From: an uncultured cyanobacterium
GTDB lineage: Bacteria > Cyanobacteriota > Cyanobacteriia > Cyanobacteriales > Cyanobacteriaceae
Length of the DNA stretch: 64,000 nucleotides
Direction of reading: 5' to 3'
Assembly (NCBI GenBank): GCA_963710605.1
Contig: CAVQBA010000001.1
Coordinates: 299,800 to 363,799 of the forward strand
The stretch's first letter is position 1, and each line of letters opens with the position of its first letter. The notes below the pieces were generated by a model that saw nothing but the letters and a program-made list of their open reading frames with translations, ran no database searches and was not told the DNA's origin. Positions 21,833 through 33,681 of this stretch are shown piece by piece. The position numbers and the translations under genes are program-made.

Positions 21833-21925
21833 TATTCCCTATTCCCTATTCCCTATTCCCTATTCCCTATTCCCTATTCCCTATTCCCTATTCCCTATTC
21901 CCTATTCCCTATTCCCTATTCCCTA
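21833..21925. repeat. Heptamer tandem repeat (TATTCCC) x~13, followed by a 15-nt duplication at 21931-21960
   Basis: Seen directly, between two convergent genes. Confidence 0.9.
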
Positions 21926-21965
21926 ACTAACTGTTCGCACTTTATCTGTTCGCACTTTATCTGTC

Positions 21966-24383
21966 TCACCCCATTTGAGGATAATTTGTTTTTGGTTTTA
22001 AATCTAAAGCACCCGGAGGATAAACAAGTCTTTCATGATTAAACTGTTGCCAAACATTAACAAAAACTTCGCCGATGATGGGTAATTCTTCGTATTTAAG
22101 CCCACTATCATCTAATTGATGATCTCGCCAACGAGCTTTAAATATTTTGTTAACCATGGCAATAGCTTGATCAGGAGTTGCTCCTTTAAGAGAGCGTAAA
22201 GCCGCTTCACAACCATCTGCTAACATAACGATCGCTGTTTCACGAGATTGTGGAGTGGGGCCTTGGTAACGGAAATTAGATTCATCAATCACTAACTGTG
22301 GATTATTCTCAACTTCTTTTTGAGCTTGAAAATAAAAATAAGAAATTAGTAAGCTACCCTGATGTTGAGGAATAAAGTCACGAATGGCTTGGGGTAAACC
22401 GCATTTTCTCGCCATGACAATTCCTTCGGTGACGTGCTTTTTAATAATTAGGGCACTTTTCCAAGGATCATTTATTTGATCGTGTTTGTTAACTCCTCCC
22501 ATTTGATTTTCAATAAAACCAAGAGGATCGTGCATTTTACCAATATCATGATAAAGTGTTCCTGCTCTGACTAACTCGACATTACAATGTAAACGACGAG
22601 CGGCGGCTTCTGCTAAAGTTGCCACAAACATTGTATGTTGGAATGTACCCGGTGCTTCGGTTGCTAATCTTTTGAGTAAAGGGCGATTAGGATTAGATAA
22701 TTCAGCCAAACGAATCGGCGTAATTAAATCAAAAAGTCTTTCTAAATATGGAGAAATACCTAAAGCCAAAATAGTGTAGGTTAAACCGATCGTACCAGAC
22801 CATAAAGCACCCGGTAACATCGCATACCACACTAAACCGACAGTAGAGTTATTTAATAAAGAAACAATAAAATAAACACTACCCTGAGTTAAGGCAATTC
22901 CACCACCTAAAAAAGCTAATTCTTCTCTAGAGTGTAAACGACTAGCCATAAAAGAGGCAACTAACCCAGAAGCGATTGAAGGAATAAAAAGTTCCCAATC
23001 AGCTAAATCATTCTGGAATAAACTCAAACCAGTAACCAAAACAACTTGTGTCACGGCTAAAGTTGGTCCATAAAAAGTACTAGTCAACAAACCAACCGCT
23101 GGTAAAGAGTTGTAGTTAGGGTTAAATAAATTAATAGTCGGAACAGAAGCAGTTAATAATAATAATAATATTTGATCTCGCCAACGAATTTTCTTTTTTA
23201 AACGATCGGCTAAAGAGACAAAGGATAAAACAGAGATAGTGACTAATGCACCCGAACCAACTACCCCAGCAATACTCATCCGACGACGACTTAAATTAAA
23301 GTTATCTAGTAAAACAAAGTCTTCACGAGAAATTTTTTCTCCGGCATTGACAATAACGTCTCCTTCTTTAATTGAGACAACAACAGGTTCGATACCTTGA
23401 GCAACTTCTTCAACTTGAGCGATCGTTTTTTCATTATCAATCATCAAGTTAGTTTTTAAATGAGGTGTTAATAACTTGACTCCGATATAATTTAAAGACG
23501 GAGGAAAATATTCTTGTAAATGAAGACTAATCGTACTGTTTCTCATTTCATCGGTAAATCTATCATAGATTCCCTGAGTCAGGATCAAATTTTGAGCTTT
23601 AGTAACTTGAAGATTCATTCGCTCCCATGTTTTTTGATCCAAATTCAGCACAATTTTTTTCTCAGTTTCGTTTAAAATCCCAATTTTAATATTGGCAATT
23701 TTTGCTTGAACTTCTTGATATTCTCTTCTTTGAATTTGTAATTGACTTAAAAAGTCATTAAATATATCAGGAGTGACTTTTGTTTTATAATCTAATAATT
23801 GTCTAGTTAATCGATCGTTATCTTCGAGATTATCCCCTTGGGAGAAAGCATTAACCGCCAACAAAATTTCTTGCCATCTATTTTCATTTAAAGCTGACAA
23901 ATCTAGTTGTACCGATATCGGTAAAATACTTGGGTCAATCTTAGATATATCTTGTTTTAATTTTCGCAAATCATTAATTTGTGCCAATTGATTTGCTAAC
24001 GCTGTTTTTAACTCTTGAGAAGTTCTTTTATTTTCTTGATATACTTTAACTGAACCGTTACTTACTGCTTCACGTTTTTCATCAGTAGTTTTTTGATCAA
24101 TAAAACTGCCATCCCCTGGTGCGATTACTTTGGTTGGGGAAATTGTATCTACAGCAAGCTCAGGTATGTTATAAAATCGATGACTAATTAATCCTGTTAA
24201 AGTGCTAATCGAGATTAAAATCATTAGAGGAGAATGCATTTTGTACATCCAACTTAAAACTAATTTTTTATCTTTTTTTTGACCAGGAGAATTTGTTTCA
24301 ATCACAGGAGCATTTGTCTTTGGCACACTAGATTTATATTGTAGTTTAGTTAGAAGTTTATCAATCAACGACAAATTTTTCAT
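21966..24383 (-). CDS. 7TM-HD (HDIG) membrane phosphohydrolase, PgpH-like
   Basis: Extracellular domain, multiple TM helices, APGTFQH, YHDIGK, HVTEG, MLADGCEAA. Confidence 0.9.
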   Translation of the reverse strand: MKNLSLIDKLLTKLQYKSSVPKTNAPVIETNSPGQKKDKKLVLSWMYKMHSPLMILISISTLTGLISHRFYNIPELAVDTISPTKVIAPGDGSFIDQKTTDEKREAVSNGSVKVYQENKRTSQELKTALANQLAQINDLRKLKQDISKIDPSILPISVQLDLSALNENRWQEILLAVNAFSQGDNLEDNDRLTRQLLDYKTKVTPDIFNDFLSQLQIQRREYQEVQAKIANIKIGILNETEKKIVLNLDQKTWERMNLQVTKAQNLILTQGIYDRFTDEMRNSTISLHLQEYFPPSLNYIGVKLLTPHLKTNLMIDNEKTIAQVEEVAQGIEPVVVSIKEGDVIVNAGEKISREDFVLLDNFNLSRRRMSIAGVVGSGALVTISVLSFVSLADRLKKKIRWRDQILLLLLTASVPTINLFNPNYNSLPAVGLLTSTFYGPTLAVTQVVLVTGLSLFQNDLADWELFIPSIASGLVASFMASRLHSREELAFLGGGIALTQGSVYFIVSLLNNSTVGLVWYAMLPGALWSGTIGLTYTILALGISPYLERLFDLITPIRLAELSNPNRPLLKRLATEAPGTFQHTMFVATLAEAAARRLHCNVELVRAGTLYHDIGKMHDPLGFIENQMGGVNKHDQINDPWKSALIIKKHVTEGIVMARKCGLPQAIRDFIPQHQGSLLISYFYFQAQKEVENNPQLVIDESNFRYQGPTPQSRETAIVMLADGCEAALRSLKGATPDQAIAMVNKIFKARWRDHQLDDSGLKYEELPIIGEVFVNVWQQFNHERLVYPPGALDLKPKTNYPQMG

Positions 24384-24954
24384 TTTTAAGCAATTTTCGA
24401 GCTTTGATAGGATAAGCAGAATCTAATAGCTAATAATTTGAGATTTGAGTAAATCCGAATATAATATTCACCTTCGCACACAATTTTTTTTAAATTTAGT
24501 AATCACACGTGCGATAAATTCCCGCTTGTGTTGATTATTTGGCTCTATTTTTTCTTAATATAACTATAATTACTTGATAACTAATTTTTGGTTAAAATAA
24601 TATCTACCTTTTTTTTGAGCATACTAGAGAGTATGATGATTGTTGAGATTAAATTAAATTAGTCAAAAAGGACTCCTTTTTTTGGTGATTGATACTTGTT
24701 AGTCATTAATTCTAATAACATTATAGTTTATTTATCGATTGCAAGTGCTGATTAGATTAATTAGGCTGAATTCAAAGAATAGATAACCAGACAATTAATC
24801 ATTAATAATCAAATATTCGACTTTCTCCATTTTTAGCTGATGACTCAATTCTCCATAGGAATTAAAGAATTTAAGTGGTAACATAACCAATAAGCTCAAA
24901 ACATATTTTTGAGGAGAATGAGATTGTAACTCTTCATTAGTAGTTTCTTATAGT

Positions 24955-26526
24955 ATGAATCACGATAAACAAATCAACATCTTAATTATTGATGACTTGA
25001 TTGAGAATTTGAAAGTCTTAGAACAAATACTTTTATCAAATAACTACAGTGTGAGAAAAGCAACCAAAGCAACCATAGCTATCAGAGCGGCTAAATTGTC
25101 TCCACCTGATATTATTTTGCTAGATGTTAAAATGCCTCAAATGGATGGTTTTGAGTTATGTAAAAGGTTAAAAAACGATCGTCTCACAGCAGAGATTCCG
25201 ATTATTTTTATCAGTGCCTTAGATGAAACAATTGATAAAGTTAAAGCTTTTAATGTTGGTGGTGTAGATTATATCACCAAACCCTTTGAAGTCGAAGAAG
25301 TATTAGTCAGAATTAAAAATCAACTCACTATTCATCAGCAAAAACAAATACTCCAACAAGAAATTCAAAAACGTCAACAAACAGAAGAGATACTCAGGCA
25401 ATCGAGAGCTTTTATTTCAGGGATATTGAATGTTTCTTTAGACGGAATTGCCACTGTAGAAGCAATCAGAAACATTAATACAGGATTAATTGATGATTTT
25501 CGTTGTATTGCAGTCAATTCGATGATGGCAAAAATTTTAAATCAAGATGATATGGATTTAATTGGGCAAACCCAGATTAAAAAATTAACCGAAACTATCA
25601 ATCAAGATTTATTTACTAAATTAATTAATGTAGTCAAGACAGGTAAGTTATGGCAACAAGATATACATTATTACAACCAAAATCAACAAAAAAGATATTG
25701 GTTTAATCTCACAATTGTCAAATTAGGCGATGGTTGTGCGATTACGGTAAGAGATATTACAGACAGGAAAAAAATGGAAATTGAGCTGACTCAATTAAAT
25801 GATAATTTGCAAACTTGCCATCATAGTTTATCTCACGATTTGCGACATTATCTTAATCATATTAGTATGTCTTCGTCTTTACTTAAAGAAGAGTTGAATG
25901 AAAATACAATAGAAGACAATCTATTTTTAGCCGATACCATTTATCAAGCTAGTCAAAAGACTAACCAAATACTTGAAAGTATTATGCAACTTGCTCAAAT
26001 ACAAAACATGGAAATGTTAGCAAGTAAATGTAATTTGTCTTATTTTGCGAGTCAAACGATCGATTTTTTGCAGTCTGTCAATCCTCAGCGTCAAGTAAAA
26101 GTAACGATCGAAGATAATGTTATTATTGAAGCAGAATCAAAAATGTTACAAGTAGCGTTAGAAAACCTCTTAAAAAACGCTTGGAAATTTACCCAGAATG
26201 TAACTAATCCTCAAATCGAGTTTGGTGTAATTACTCCTGATAATGGTGTTTGGATTGAAAAAATACAGCTATTATCTGATAACCCATCTTTATTATCTAA
26301 CTCGGCGATGATTTATTTTGTGAAAGACAATGGAGTTGGTTTTGATATGAGTAAATACCAACAATTATTTCAAACTTTTTCTCGTTTACACAAATCAACT
26401 GAATATGTTGGGAGTGGTTTAGGTTTGTCTATTACTAAACAAATAATTGAGCGTCATCACGGTTCAATTTGGGCAGAATCTGAGTTGAATCAGGGTACAA
26501 CTATTTATTTTACCCTCAATAATTAA
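24955..26526 (+). CDS. Hybrid sensor histidine kinase (receiver-PAS-HisKA-HATPase)
   Basis: ILIIDD/LLDVKMP receiver, RDITDRKK, SHDLR, NAWKFT, DNGVGF, GSGLGL. Confidence 0.93.
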   Translation: MNHDKQINILIIDDLIENLKVLEQILLSNNYSVRKATKATIAIRAAKLSPPDIILLDVKMPQMDGFELCKRLKNDRLTAEIPIIFISALDETIDKVKAFNVGGVDYITKPFEVEEVLVRIKNQLTIHQQKQILQQEIQKRQQTEEILRQSRAFISGILNVSLDGIATVEAIRNINTGLIDDFRCIAVNSMMAKILNQDDMDLIGQTQIKKLTETINQDLFTKLINVVKTGKLWQQDIHYYNQNQQKRYWFNLTIVKLGDGCAITVRDITDRKKMEIELTQLNDNLQTCHHSLSHDLRHYLNHISMSSSLLKEELNENTIEDNLFLADTIYQASQKTNQILESIMQLAQIQNMEMLASKCNLSYFASQTIDFLQSVNPQRQVKVTIEDNVIIEAESKMLQVALENLLKNAWKFTQNVTNPQIEFGVITPDNGVWIEKIQLLSDNPSLLSNSAMIYFVKDNGVGFDMSKYQQLFQTFSRLHKSTEYVGSGLGLSITKQIIERHHGSIWAESELNQGTTIYFTLNN

Positions 26527-26545
26527 TCCGCTTTTATCTAGCTTT

Positions 26546-26866
26546 ATGAATTTATTTAATCCATCCAAATTTTTCTGGCTCATTTTGTGTTTTATTCCTA
26601 TTTTTTTCTTGACAACTTTACCTGTTAATGCTGTAGATATTTCTATTTGTCGTAATTATCAGCAAAATACAGTCTGCATTTTAAAAATTAAAAGAAGTGC
26701 TAAATACTATTGGCGTTATCGAACACAAATTAGTATTAATGGTGTTAAAAAACCTTTACGAATTTATGATTGCCGTCAAAACAAGATTTGGGAAAAAGAT
26801 GGCGGGGCGATCGCTTTTTCGACTCAAGGAATTGAACAATATATCTGCGAAACTCTTTATAAATAG
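26546..26866 (+). CDS. Hypothetical exported protein
   Basis: Signal peptide, KRSAKYYWRYR motif, four cysteines in the mature part. Confidence 0.75.
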   Translation: MNLFNPSKFFWLILCFIPIFFLTTLPVNAVDISICRNYQQNTVCILKIKRSAKYYWRYRTQISINGVKKPLRIYDCRQNKIWEKDGGAIAFSTQGIEQYICETLYK

Positions 26867-27024
26867 AAAATAGAGCTAAATAAATCAGTTATGCTAACTT
26901 GAGTAATGCCGTATCTTTTGGCTGTTTTCTAAGCAGAGGTTAGGGGAGTGTTTATTGGGATTGAGAAGGAGAAAGGAAGAAACAAAGAAACAAACAAAGA
27001 GAGAGAATCCTTACTTATTATAGG

Positions 27025-27156
27025 TAAGTAGCACCACCTAAATAAAAGAAAGTTTGTAGTGACCCCTAAATGGGGTTTAAAAAACTATTAAGATAACGGC
27101 TTAAGCCCTTACTACGAACTTAAGCTTTTTTACGTTTAATTAATTGGGGCTACTTA
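27025..27156. repeat. MITE/REP-like palindromic element
   Basis: Outer AAGTAGC..GCTACTT and inner TTTGTAGT..ACTACGAA inverted pairs; related remnant near 59975-60020. Confidence 0.55.
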
Positions 27157-27337
27157 ATAACGAATAATTAACAATTAAATATTTTTATCAACAACATTAG
27201 ATTTGTTTACTGTTGTCTAATTTGGGGTTGTCAATAAACACAGACAAACTAATCGAATAACGATCGACTGATTGGACTAAAATGAGTTGGATTGATATAT
27301 ATAGAATAAATAAGAAGTTAACGCAATAGGTAAATAT

Positions 27338-30300
27338 ATGCCACGTCGTGAAGATATAAACAAAATTCTCCTTTTAGGTTCAGGACCAATTATTATTGGA
27401 CAAGCCTGTGAGTTCGACTATTCAGGTACACAAGCGTGTAAAGCATTACGAGAAGAAGGTTATGAAGTAGTTTTAATTAACTCAAACCCGGCTACCATTA
27501 TGACCGACCCCGAAACGGCTGAAAGAACTTATATTGAACCGATTACTCCTGAGATAGTCGAAAAGGTAATTGCCAAAGAACGCCCTGACGCACTCTTACC
27601 TACAATGGGCGGACAAACTGCACTCAATACAGCAGTAGCCTTAGCCGAATCAGGTGCATTGAATAAATATGGTGTCGAATTGATTGGAGCAAAATTACCT
27701 GCAATCAAAATGGCAGAAGACAGGGAATTATTTAAAGATGCGATGGCGAGAATTGGCGTTCCTGTCTGCCCTTCAGGTATCGCTAATAACTGGGAATCGG
27801 CGAAAGCGGTTGCTGAAGAAATTGGCTCTTATCCACTCATTATCCGTCCTGCATTTACTATGGGTGGTACTGGTGGTGGTATTGCTTACAATCAAGAAGA
27901 ATATGAGGAAATGGCGAAGTTTGGTATAGATGCGTCTCCTGTTTCGCAAATCTTAGTTGAAAAGTCTCTCATCGGTTGGAAGGAATACGAATTAGAGGTA
28001 ATGAGAGATACGGCGGATAATGTAGTTATTATTTGTTCGATCGAAAATATCGACCCCATGGGCGTACATACAGGTGACTCAATCACCGTCGCCCCCGCTC
28101 AAACTTTAACCGATAAAGAATATCAACGTCTGCGGGATTACTCGATGGCAATTATTCGTGAAATTGGAGTAGAAACAGGTGGCTCTAATATCCAGTTTTC
28201 AGTCGATCCCACTAACGGAGATGTGATTGTAATTGAAATGAATCCTCGTGTATCTCGATCGTCTGCCCTCGCTTCTAAGGCAACTGGTTTCCCGATCGCT
28301 AAATTTGCGGCTAAGTTAGCTGTGGGTTATAGTCTCGATGAAATTTCTAACGATATTACCAAAAAGACTCCTGCTTCTTTTGAACCAACGATCGATTATG
28401 TAGTTACTAAGATACCTCGTTTTGCCTTTGAAAAATTCCCCGGCTCATCCTCTACTTTAACCACACAAATGAAGTCTGTCGGCGAAGCAATGGCGATCGG
28501 GCGTACTTTTTGCGAATCTTTCCAAAAAGCTCTACGTTCTCTTGAAACAGGTCGTTATGGCTTTGGTTGCGATCGTAAGGAAACTTTACCAACTTTATCA
28601 CAAGTTAGCTCTGGATTAAGAACTCCTACCCCCGAACGAATTTTTAGCGTCCATCATGCTTTTGTCTTGGGTATGTCTGTCGAAGAGGTATTTGAGTTAA
28701 CAGCGATCGATCCTTGGTTTTTAGATAAACTAGAATCTTTAGTCAAAATTGAAAAATACATGAAACGTACTTCCTTAAAAGATTTAAGTGAAGCGGAGAT
28801 GCGTTATATCAAACAAAACGGTTTTAGCGATTATCAAATTGGTTTTGCGACTAAAACTAATGAGGATGAAGTTCGTAGCTATCGTAAATCTTTAGGTATC
28901 ACTCCTGTCTATAAATTAGTCGATACCTGTGCGGCAGAATTTGAAGCCTATACTCCTTATTATTACTCTTCCTACGAATTAGGCGAAACTGAGAATAATG
29001 TCAACGATAAAAAGAAGGTGATGATTTTAGGAGGTGGCCCAATCGAATCGGACAAGGTATAGAATTTGACTATTGTTGTTGTCACGCCGCTTTTGCTTTA
29101 TCTGATGCGGGATACGAAACCATCATGGTCAATTCTAACCCCGAAACTGTATCTACTGACTACGATACCAGCGATCGTCTTTATTTTGAACCTTTAACTA
29201 AAGAAGACGTTTTAAATATCATCGAAGCGGAAAACCCAGAGGGTGTTATTATTCAATTCGGCGGACAAACACCGTTGAAATTAGCTGTACCTTTAGAAAC
29301 ATATTTAGCTCAACCTGACGTTTCTGTGACTACTAAAATTTGGGGTACATCGCCAGATTCGATCGATACTGCTGAAGACAGAGAAAGATTTGAAGCAATT
29401 TTAAACAAACTCGAAATCAAACAACCTCCGAATGGTATCGCTCGTAGTGCCGAGGAGTCGATGAAGATTGCTAATCGGATTACTTATCCTGTGGTGGTTC
29501 GTCCTTCTTATGTATTGGGCGGACGGGCGATGAGAATTGTCTATAACGATAATGAATTAGACCATTATATGACCTATGCGGTGAAAGTAGAACCCGATCA
29601 TCCTATTTTGATCGATAAATTCCTCGAAAATGCGATCGAAGTTGATGTCGATGCGATCGCTGACACCACAGGAAGAGTTGTCATTGGCGGAATTATGGAA
29701 CACATTGAAGAAGCAGGGGTGCATTCAGGAGACTCAGCTTGTTCTATTCCTTATACTTCTTTATCTGATGATGTTTTAGCCACTATTCGGACAGCAACAG
29801 TCAAACTCGCTCAATCATTGAAAGTAATCGGTTTGATGAATATTCAATATGCTGTGCAAGGAGAAACAGTTTTTATTTTAGAAGCTAATCCTCGTGCATC
29901 TCGTACTGTACCTTATGTTTCTAAAGCTACAGGTCGCCCCTTAGCTAAAGTAGCCTCTTTGGTGATGTCAGGTAAAACCTTAGAAGATTTGGGTGTTACT
30001 GAAGAAATTGTCCCTCGTCATGTGGCTGTTAAAGAAGCCGTATTGCCGTTTAATAAATTTGTGGGTACAGATACCTTATTAGGTCCTGAAATGCGGAGTA
30101 CGGGCGAGGTAATGGGGATAGATAGCGATTTTGGTAAGGCTTTTGCTAAGGCAGAAATCGGTGCTGGTGTAATTCTGGCAACTTCGGGTACTGTCTTTAT
30201 TTCGATGAATAATCGAGATAAAGAAGCGATCGTTTCTGTCGCTAAAGATTTAATCGAACTTGGTTTTAAAGTTGTAGCTACAGGTGGTACAAGACAGGCA

Positions 30301-30586
30301 TTATTAGAAAATGGTGTGGAAGATGTTGAGTTAATCCTCAAATTACACGAAGGTCGTCCTCATATTGTAGATTGGATTAAAAATAAACAAATTCAATTCA
30401 TTATCAATACTCCAAGTGCGGAAGAAGAAGCACAAAATGATGGCTTGAAAATTCGTCGATCGGCTTTAGATTATAAGTTACCGATTATAACCACGATCGC
30501 GGGGGCGAAGGCAACGGTACAAGCAATTCGATCTTTACAGTCCTAGACCAATGGAAGTGAAAGCGTTACAAGATTATCTAGCTTAA
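27338..30586 (+). CDS. carB: Carbamoyl-phosphate synthase large subunit, with frameshifts near 29040 and 30542
   Basis: [32 protein letters not shown] is broken at a CCC run; the C-terminal [12 protein letters not shown] lies in a shifted frame ending at 30586. Confidence 0.95.
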
Positions 30587-30603
30587 AGCGTTAAGGGTAA
30601 ATA

Positions 30604-30673
30604 GTAGGATGGGTTAGGCATTTATTGATGATAAACTCCAACAAATTCATTAATGACTTAGCCGTAACCCATC
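30604..30673. repeat. Family A ~70-75 bp REP-like element (GTAGGATGGGTTAG...CGTAACCCATC)
   Basis: Copies at 30604, 31266 and 31819 (forward) and at 35023-35091 and 35990-36060 (reverse). Confidence 0.85.
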
Positions 30674-30698
30674 ATTAACCTAAATCTTAAGTTTTAGC

Positions 30699-30790
30699 CC
30701 CACCTTGCAATAAATTACAAGGCTAATAGATACCGTTTAATAAATTAAACTCAAATCTAACCCAAAAATTATCTCATCGTTATTTGAATG
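30699..30790. repeat. Family B element (CCACCTTGCAAT..AAGGCTAATA..CGTTTAATAAATTAAACT)
   Basis: Copies near 34401, 39955, 44406 and 54098. Confidence 0.8.
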
Positions 30791-31252
30791 AAACTCAAAC
30801 GGGGAATTACGAGCTTCTTTAACAGGAATGATGGCAACACAATTCCAAAATTTACATTTTTTGAATTCAAGCGTGTTGTGTTTGCTGTTGCTAATTCTGT
30901 TAGTCTTCATGTGACTGAGTTAACCGAAAGTGAATTCACGCCTAATTTTCACTCGGCACACCTTAATAATTCTAATACTTCGCTAACAGTAGTCGGACAT
31001 TCTAGCTATCCAATCTTTGCTTTTTGTAAGCCATTTAAACAACACGAGTGTCAATTACATTTTGTCAATCGTACTACAATAGCCATAGAAATGAAGTATA
31101 TTTTTCCATATGTGACAGTTGCAACAGTAGAAGAATTAAACAGAGAACCGACCAAAATAGATTTGGACGCATTGGATGCAGTTGAATTAGAACAGATAAA
31201 ATACTGGAAACCGCAATCAATAGGTGAAATCGTTTTTAACTGGTGGGACTAA
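30788..31252 (+). CDS. Hypothetical protein (ends YWKPQSIGEIVFNWWD)
   Basis: 154 aa ORF bounded by repeats. Confidence 0.75.
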   Translation: MKLKRGITSFFNRNDGNTIPKFTFFEFKRVVFAVANSVSLHVTELTESEFTPNFHSAHLNNSNTSLTVVGHSSYPIFAFCKPFKQHECQLHFVNRTTIAIEMKYIFPYVTVATVEELNREPTKIDLDALDAVELEQIKYWKPQSIGEIVFNWWD

Positions 31253-31433
31253 CCTAGTTTTAGTGGTAGGATGGGTTAGGCATTTGTTTATAATAAACTT
31301 CAACAAATTCATTAACAACTTAGCCGTAACCCATCGTCCTATGATTACAGTACAACAACCTTAATATAAATAATTACACTGCAAATACGGTCTAATTGTA
31401 AGTTAAGGGTAATAGAGATAAGTATCAGAAAAG

Positions 31434-31811
31434 ATGAAAACCTATAAGAAGCCTGATGTTATTCCTGCTAAAGTTGTAATGCAAGTTCATAAAGATGCGA
31501 GTCTCCGTGTGCTTGAGGCTAAGCAGTTCTTAGAACAGGCATCTCCAGTATTTTATGAGCGATTTCTCAATGCAATTGACCAAAAATCTTTGGATGTTAA
31601 TTACTTAACTGACCCGATCGAGAATGAACCAGAGATGAAAGAGATAATCAAACAGGTTAGAAGGAAAACCGAAGCCAAACTGCACGACCGAAAAAAAATG
31701 AGGGGTTTTTGCCATCTGTATTGGCACACGCAAAAACGCATCCTCAAAGAGCGATATAATATTCAATGGTTCTCCCCTGTTGACTTAAATCCTGGCATTT
31801 GGTTTGATTGA
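31434..31811 (+). CDS. Hypothetical protein (GFCHLYW..KRILKERY.I.W.SP motif)
   Basis: 125 aa ORF bounded by family A repeats. Confidence 0.75.
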   Translation: MKTYKKPDVIPAKVVMQVHKDASLRVLEAKQFLEQASPVFYERFLNAIDQKSLDVNYLTDPIENEPEMKEIIKQVRRKTEAKLHDRKKMRGFCHLYWHTQKRILKERYNIQWFSPVDLNPGIWFD

Positions 31812-32094
31812 GATAGTAGTAAGATGAATGATAGCTTTATTCGTAACAAACTCCAACAAATTCATTAACAATGAGTGTCGTAACCCATAATTAACCTTCA
31901 AAGTGTTTTTGAGGTATTTCTTTGGAATTAGACTTTTATATCAATCAATCTTTTTATATTCATAATCCGCATTGAATTCAGTCATTCAATGCTAATAAAA
32001 GACGTTCAATAAATAGAACTAAATCTATTTTATGTGGTAGAGAAAAACTATCGTATAAATAGGATTTAATTATAAGTTATTTTTTACTGAAACT

Positions 32095-32820
32095 ATGAAG
32101 AAACCATCAAGATTTATGCCTAAATATAGACCGCAAAAAATGGACTTTTTTGTAGTTTTCATATTAACGGCGATCTCATTAGTCACGGCAATATATGCAA
32201 CTGGTGCTTTTCTAATAATTTTAGCTATTATTATTGTAATAATCCTTTGGGCTATTTTTATTGAAAAGCCAAGATCGGATAACTATTTCGATCGCCTTTA
32301 TAAAGCGAGATTGATGCAAGAGCTTGAGAGTTGGATCTACAATACACTGGTGGGTAAGGATGAATTCTTAAATACGTTAATATTTGAGAAGAAACTTGCT
32401 ATATATTTTACTCCCTTAGCTAGTAATTTCGTGGCGACAATTATAAACGGCTCTAGTCATAGAGCTAGCTACAAAGTCAATCCTGGTGAGTTTCAGTATA
32501 ATCATATAATTAGGAAAGTCGCAACGGTGACCGAGGGGACATCGGCTGTTTGGTTTTACTATACAGTGATAGATAATGCGGTAGGTCAGCTTAATGATGT
32601 TTGGGAGTGCAACTATAATTATTGTCTAGATTACCCACTGGAAAAATTTGAAACAGAGCCAGCAAAAGAAGGTGGTGTTTCGTACCTAGGTTTATTGAGC
32701 AAAAATAAGTCATGGTTGCTTTTACATACATATGAACCAAGTGAATCTTTAGAAATTACTTTTTATGGCTCGCAAACAACTGTTAATAATCTCAAAAATG
32801 GATTAACAAAAAGCAAGTAA
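32095..32820 (+). CDS. Hypothetical membrane-anchored protein
   Basis: Two N-terminal TM helices, 241 aa. Confidence 0.7.
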   Translation: MKKPSRFMPKYRPQKMDFFVVFILTAISLVTAIYATGAFLIILAIIIVIILWAIFIEKPRSDNYFDRLYKARLMQELESWIYNTLVGKDEFLNTLIFEKKLAIYFTPLASNFVATIINGSSHRASYKVNPGEFQYNHIIRKVATVTEGTSAVWFYYTVIDNAVGQLNDVWECNYNYCLDYPLEKFETEPAKEGGVSYLGLLSKNKSWLLLHTYEPSESLEITFYGSQTTVNNLKNGLTKSK

Positions 32821-33048
32821 CAAAGCCTCAAAGTTTTTTAGAGGAATAAGGATGTTATTTTTTCTACTCAAAATTAAATTATGAACTAGTGATAATGACA
32901 TCTCGACTCGCTATTGTTGTAAATGATCATAGCTCGATCGTATTTCAAACTTTTTATCAATTTACTTTTGATGACGATCGCTATGGTTATGTTAGATAAT
33001 GTACAATTAATTCATTAATAATAAGTACTAAACTTTGCTTCAAATTTA

Positions 33049-33285
33049 ATGAATCCATTGAGAGACAAAATTAACGTGATAATTTACCCTGGTGAAACCC
33101 AAGGATATGTTGCCGAATGTAGCGAAATTGCAGTGGTAACTCAAGGATTAACTTTAGATGAAATTATTAATAATATTAAAGAAGCAGTAGTTTTACATCT
33201 TGAAGATGAGGATTTAACCGAATTAGGTTTCACAGCACAACCAGCTTTAAAAATTAATCTGGAAATGCTAATTCAATATGCCTAA
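33049..33285 (+). CDS. HicB-family antitoxin
   Basis: YVAEC...VVTQGLTLDEIINNIKEAV.LHL pattern. Confidence 0.85.
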   Translation: MNPLRDKINVIIYPGETQGYVAECSEIAVVTQGLTLDEIINNIKEAVVLHLEDEDLTELGFTAQPALKINLEMLIQYA

Positions 33286-33521
33286 GATAAAGCAATTATC
33301 AGCAAAAGAAGTCATAAAAATCCTGCAAAAATTTGGCGATTGAAAATTATCGCCAAAAAGGAAGTCATGTAAAAATGCGAAGAGTTACAGTAAAAGGTAA
33401 AGAAACCCTAACCATTCCTAATCATAAAAATTTAGATACTGGTACTTGTCAAGCAATCTTCAAATAAGCTTGTAAATATATTCCTGAATCAGAATTATAT
33501 AGTTATTTTTACAACTCATAA
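33278..33521 (+). pseudogene. HicA-family toxin pseudogene (frameshift plus in-frame stop)
   Basis: MPKIKQLSAKEVIKILQKFG, then a shifted frame RQKGSHVKMRR..TIPNHKNLDTGTCQAIFK*ACKY... Confidence 0.85.
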
Positions 33522-33681
33522 ATTTTCTAAGAAATAAAAAAGTAAATTGCCCTTGCGTCTTGAATCGTATCATGAATGCTATTGTCAATAATTTTAGCTC
33601 GATCGATTATCAAGAAATAAACATTATTATAAAGGTGCTGTATAATCTTCTTAATATAGATAACTATACTGCAAATGTTGC

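Noticed and set aside
21833-21925. Heptamer tract as a second CRISPR-like array
   Set aside because: A pure tandem repeat without spacers, typical of cyanobacterial short tandem repeats.
29030-29125. Programmed frameshift or natural split of carB
   Set aside because: No slippery heptamer; a single missing C in a homopolymer, and similar indels occur in unrelated genes.
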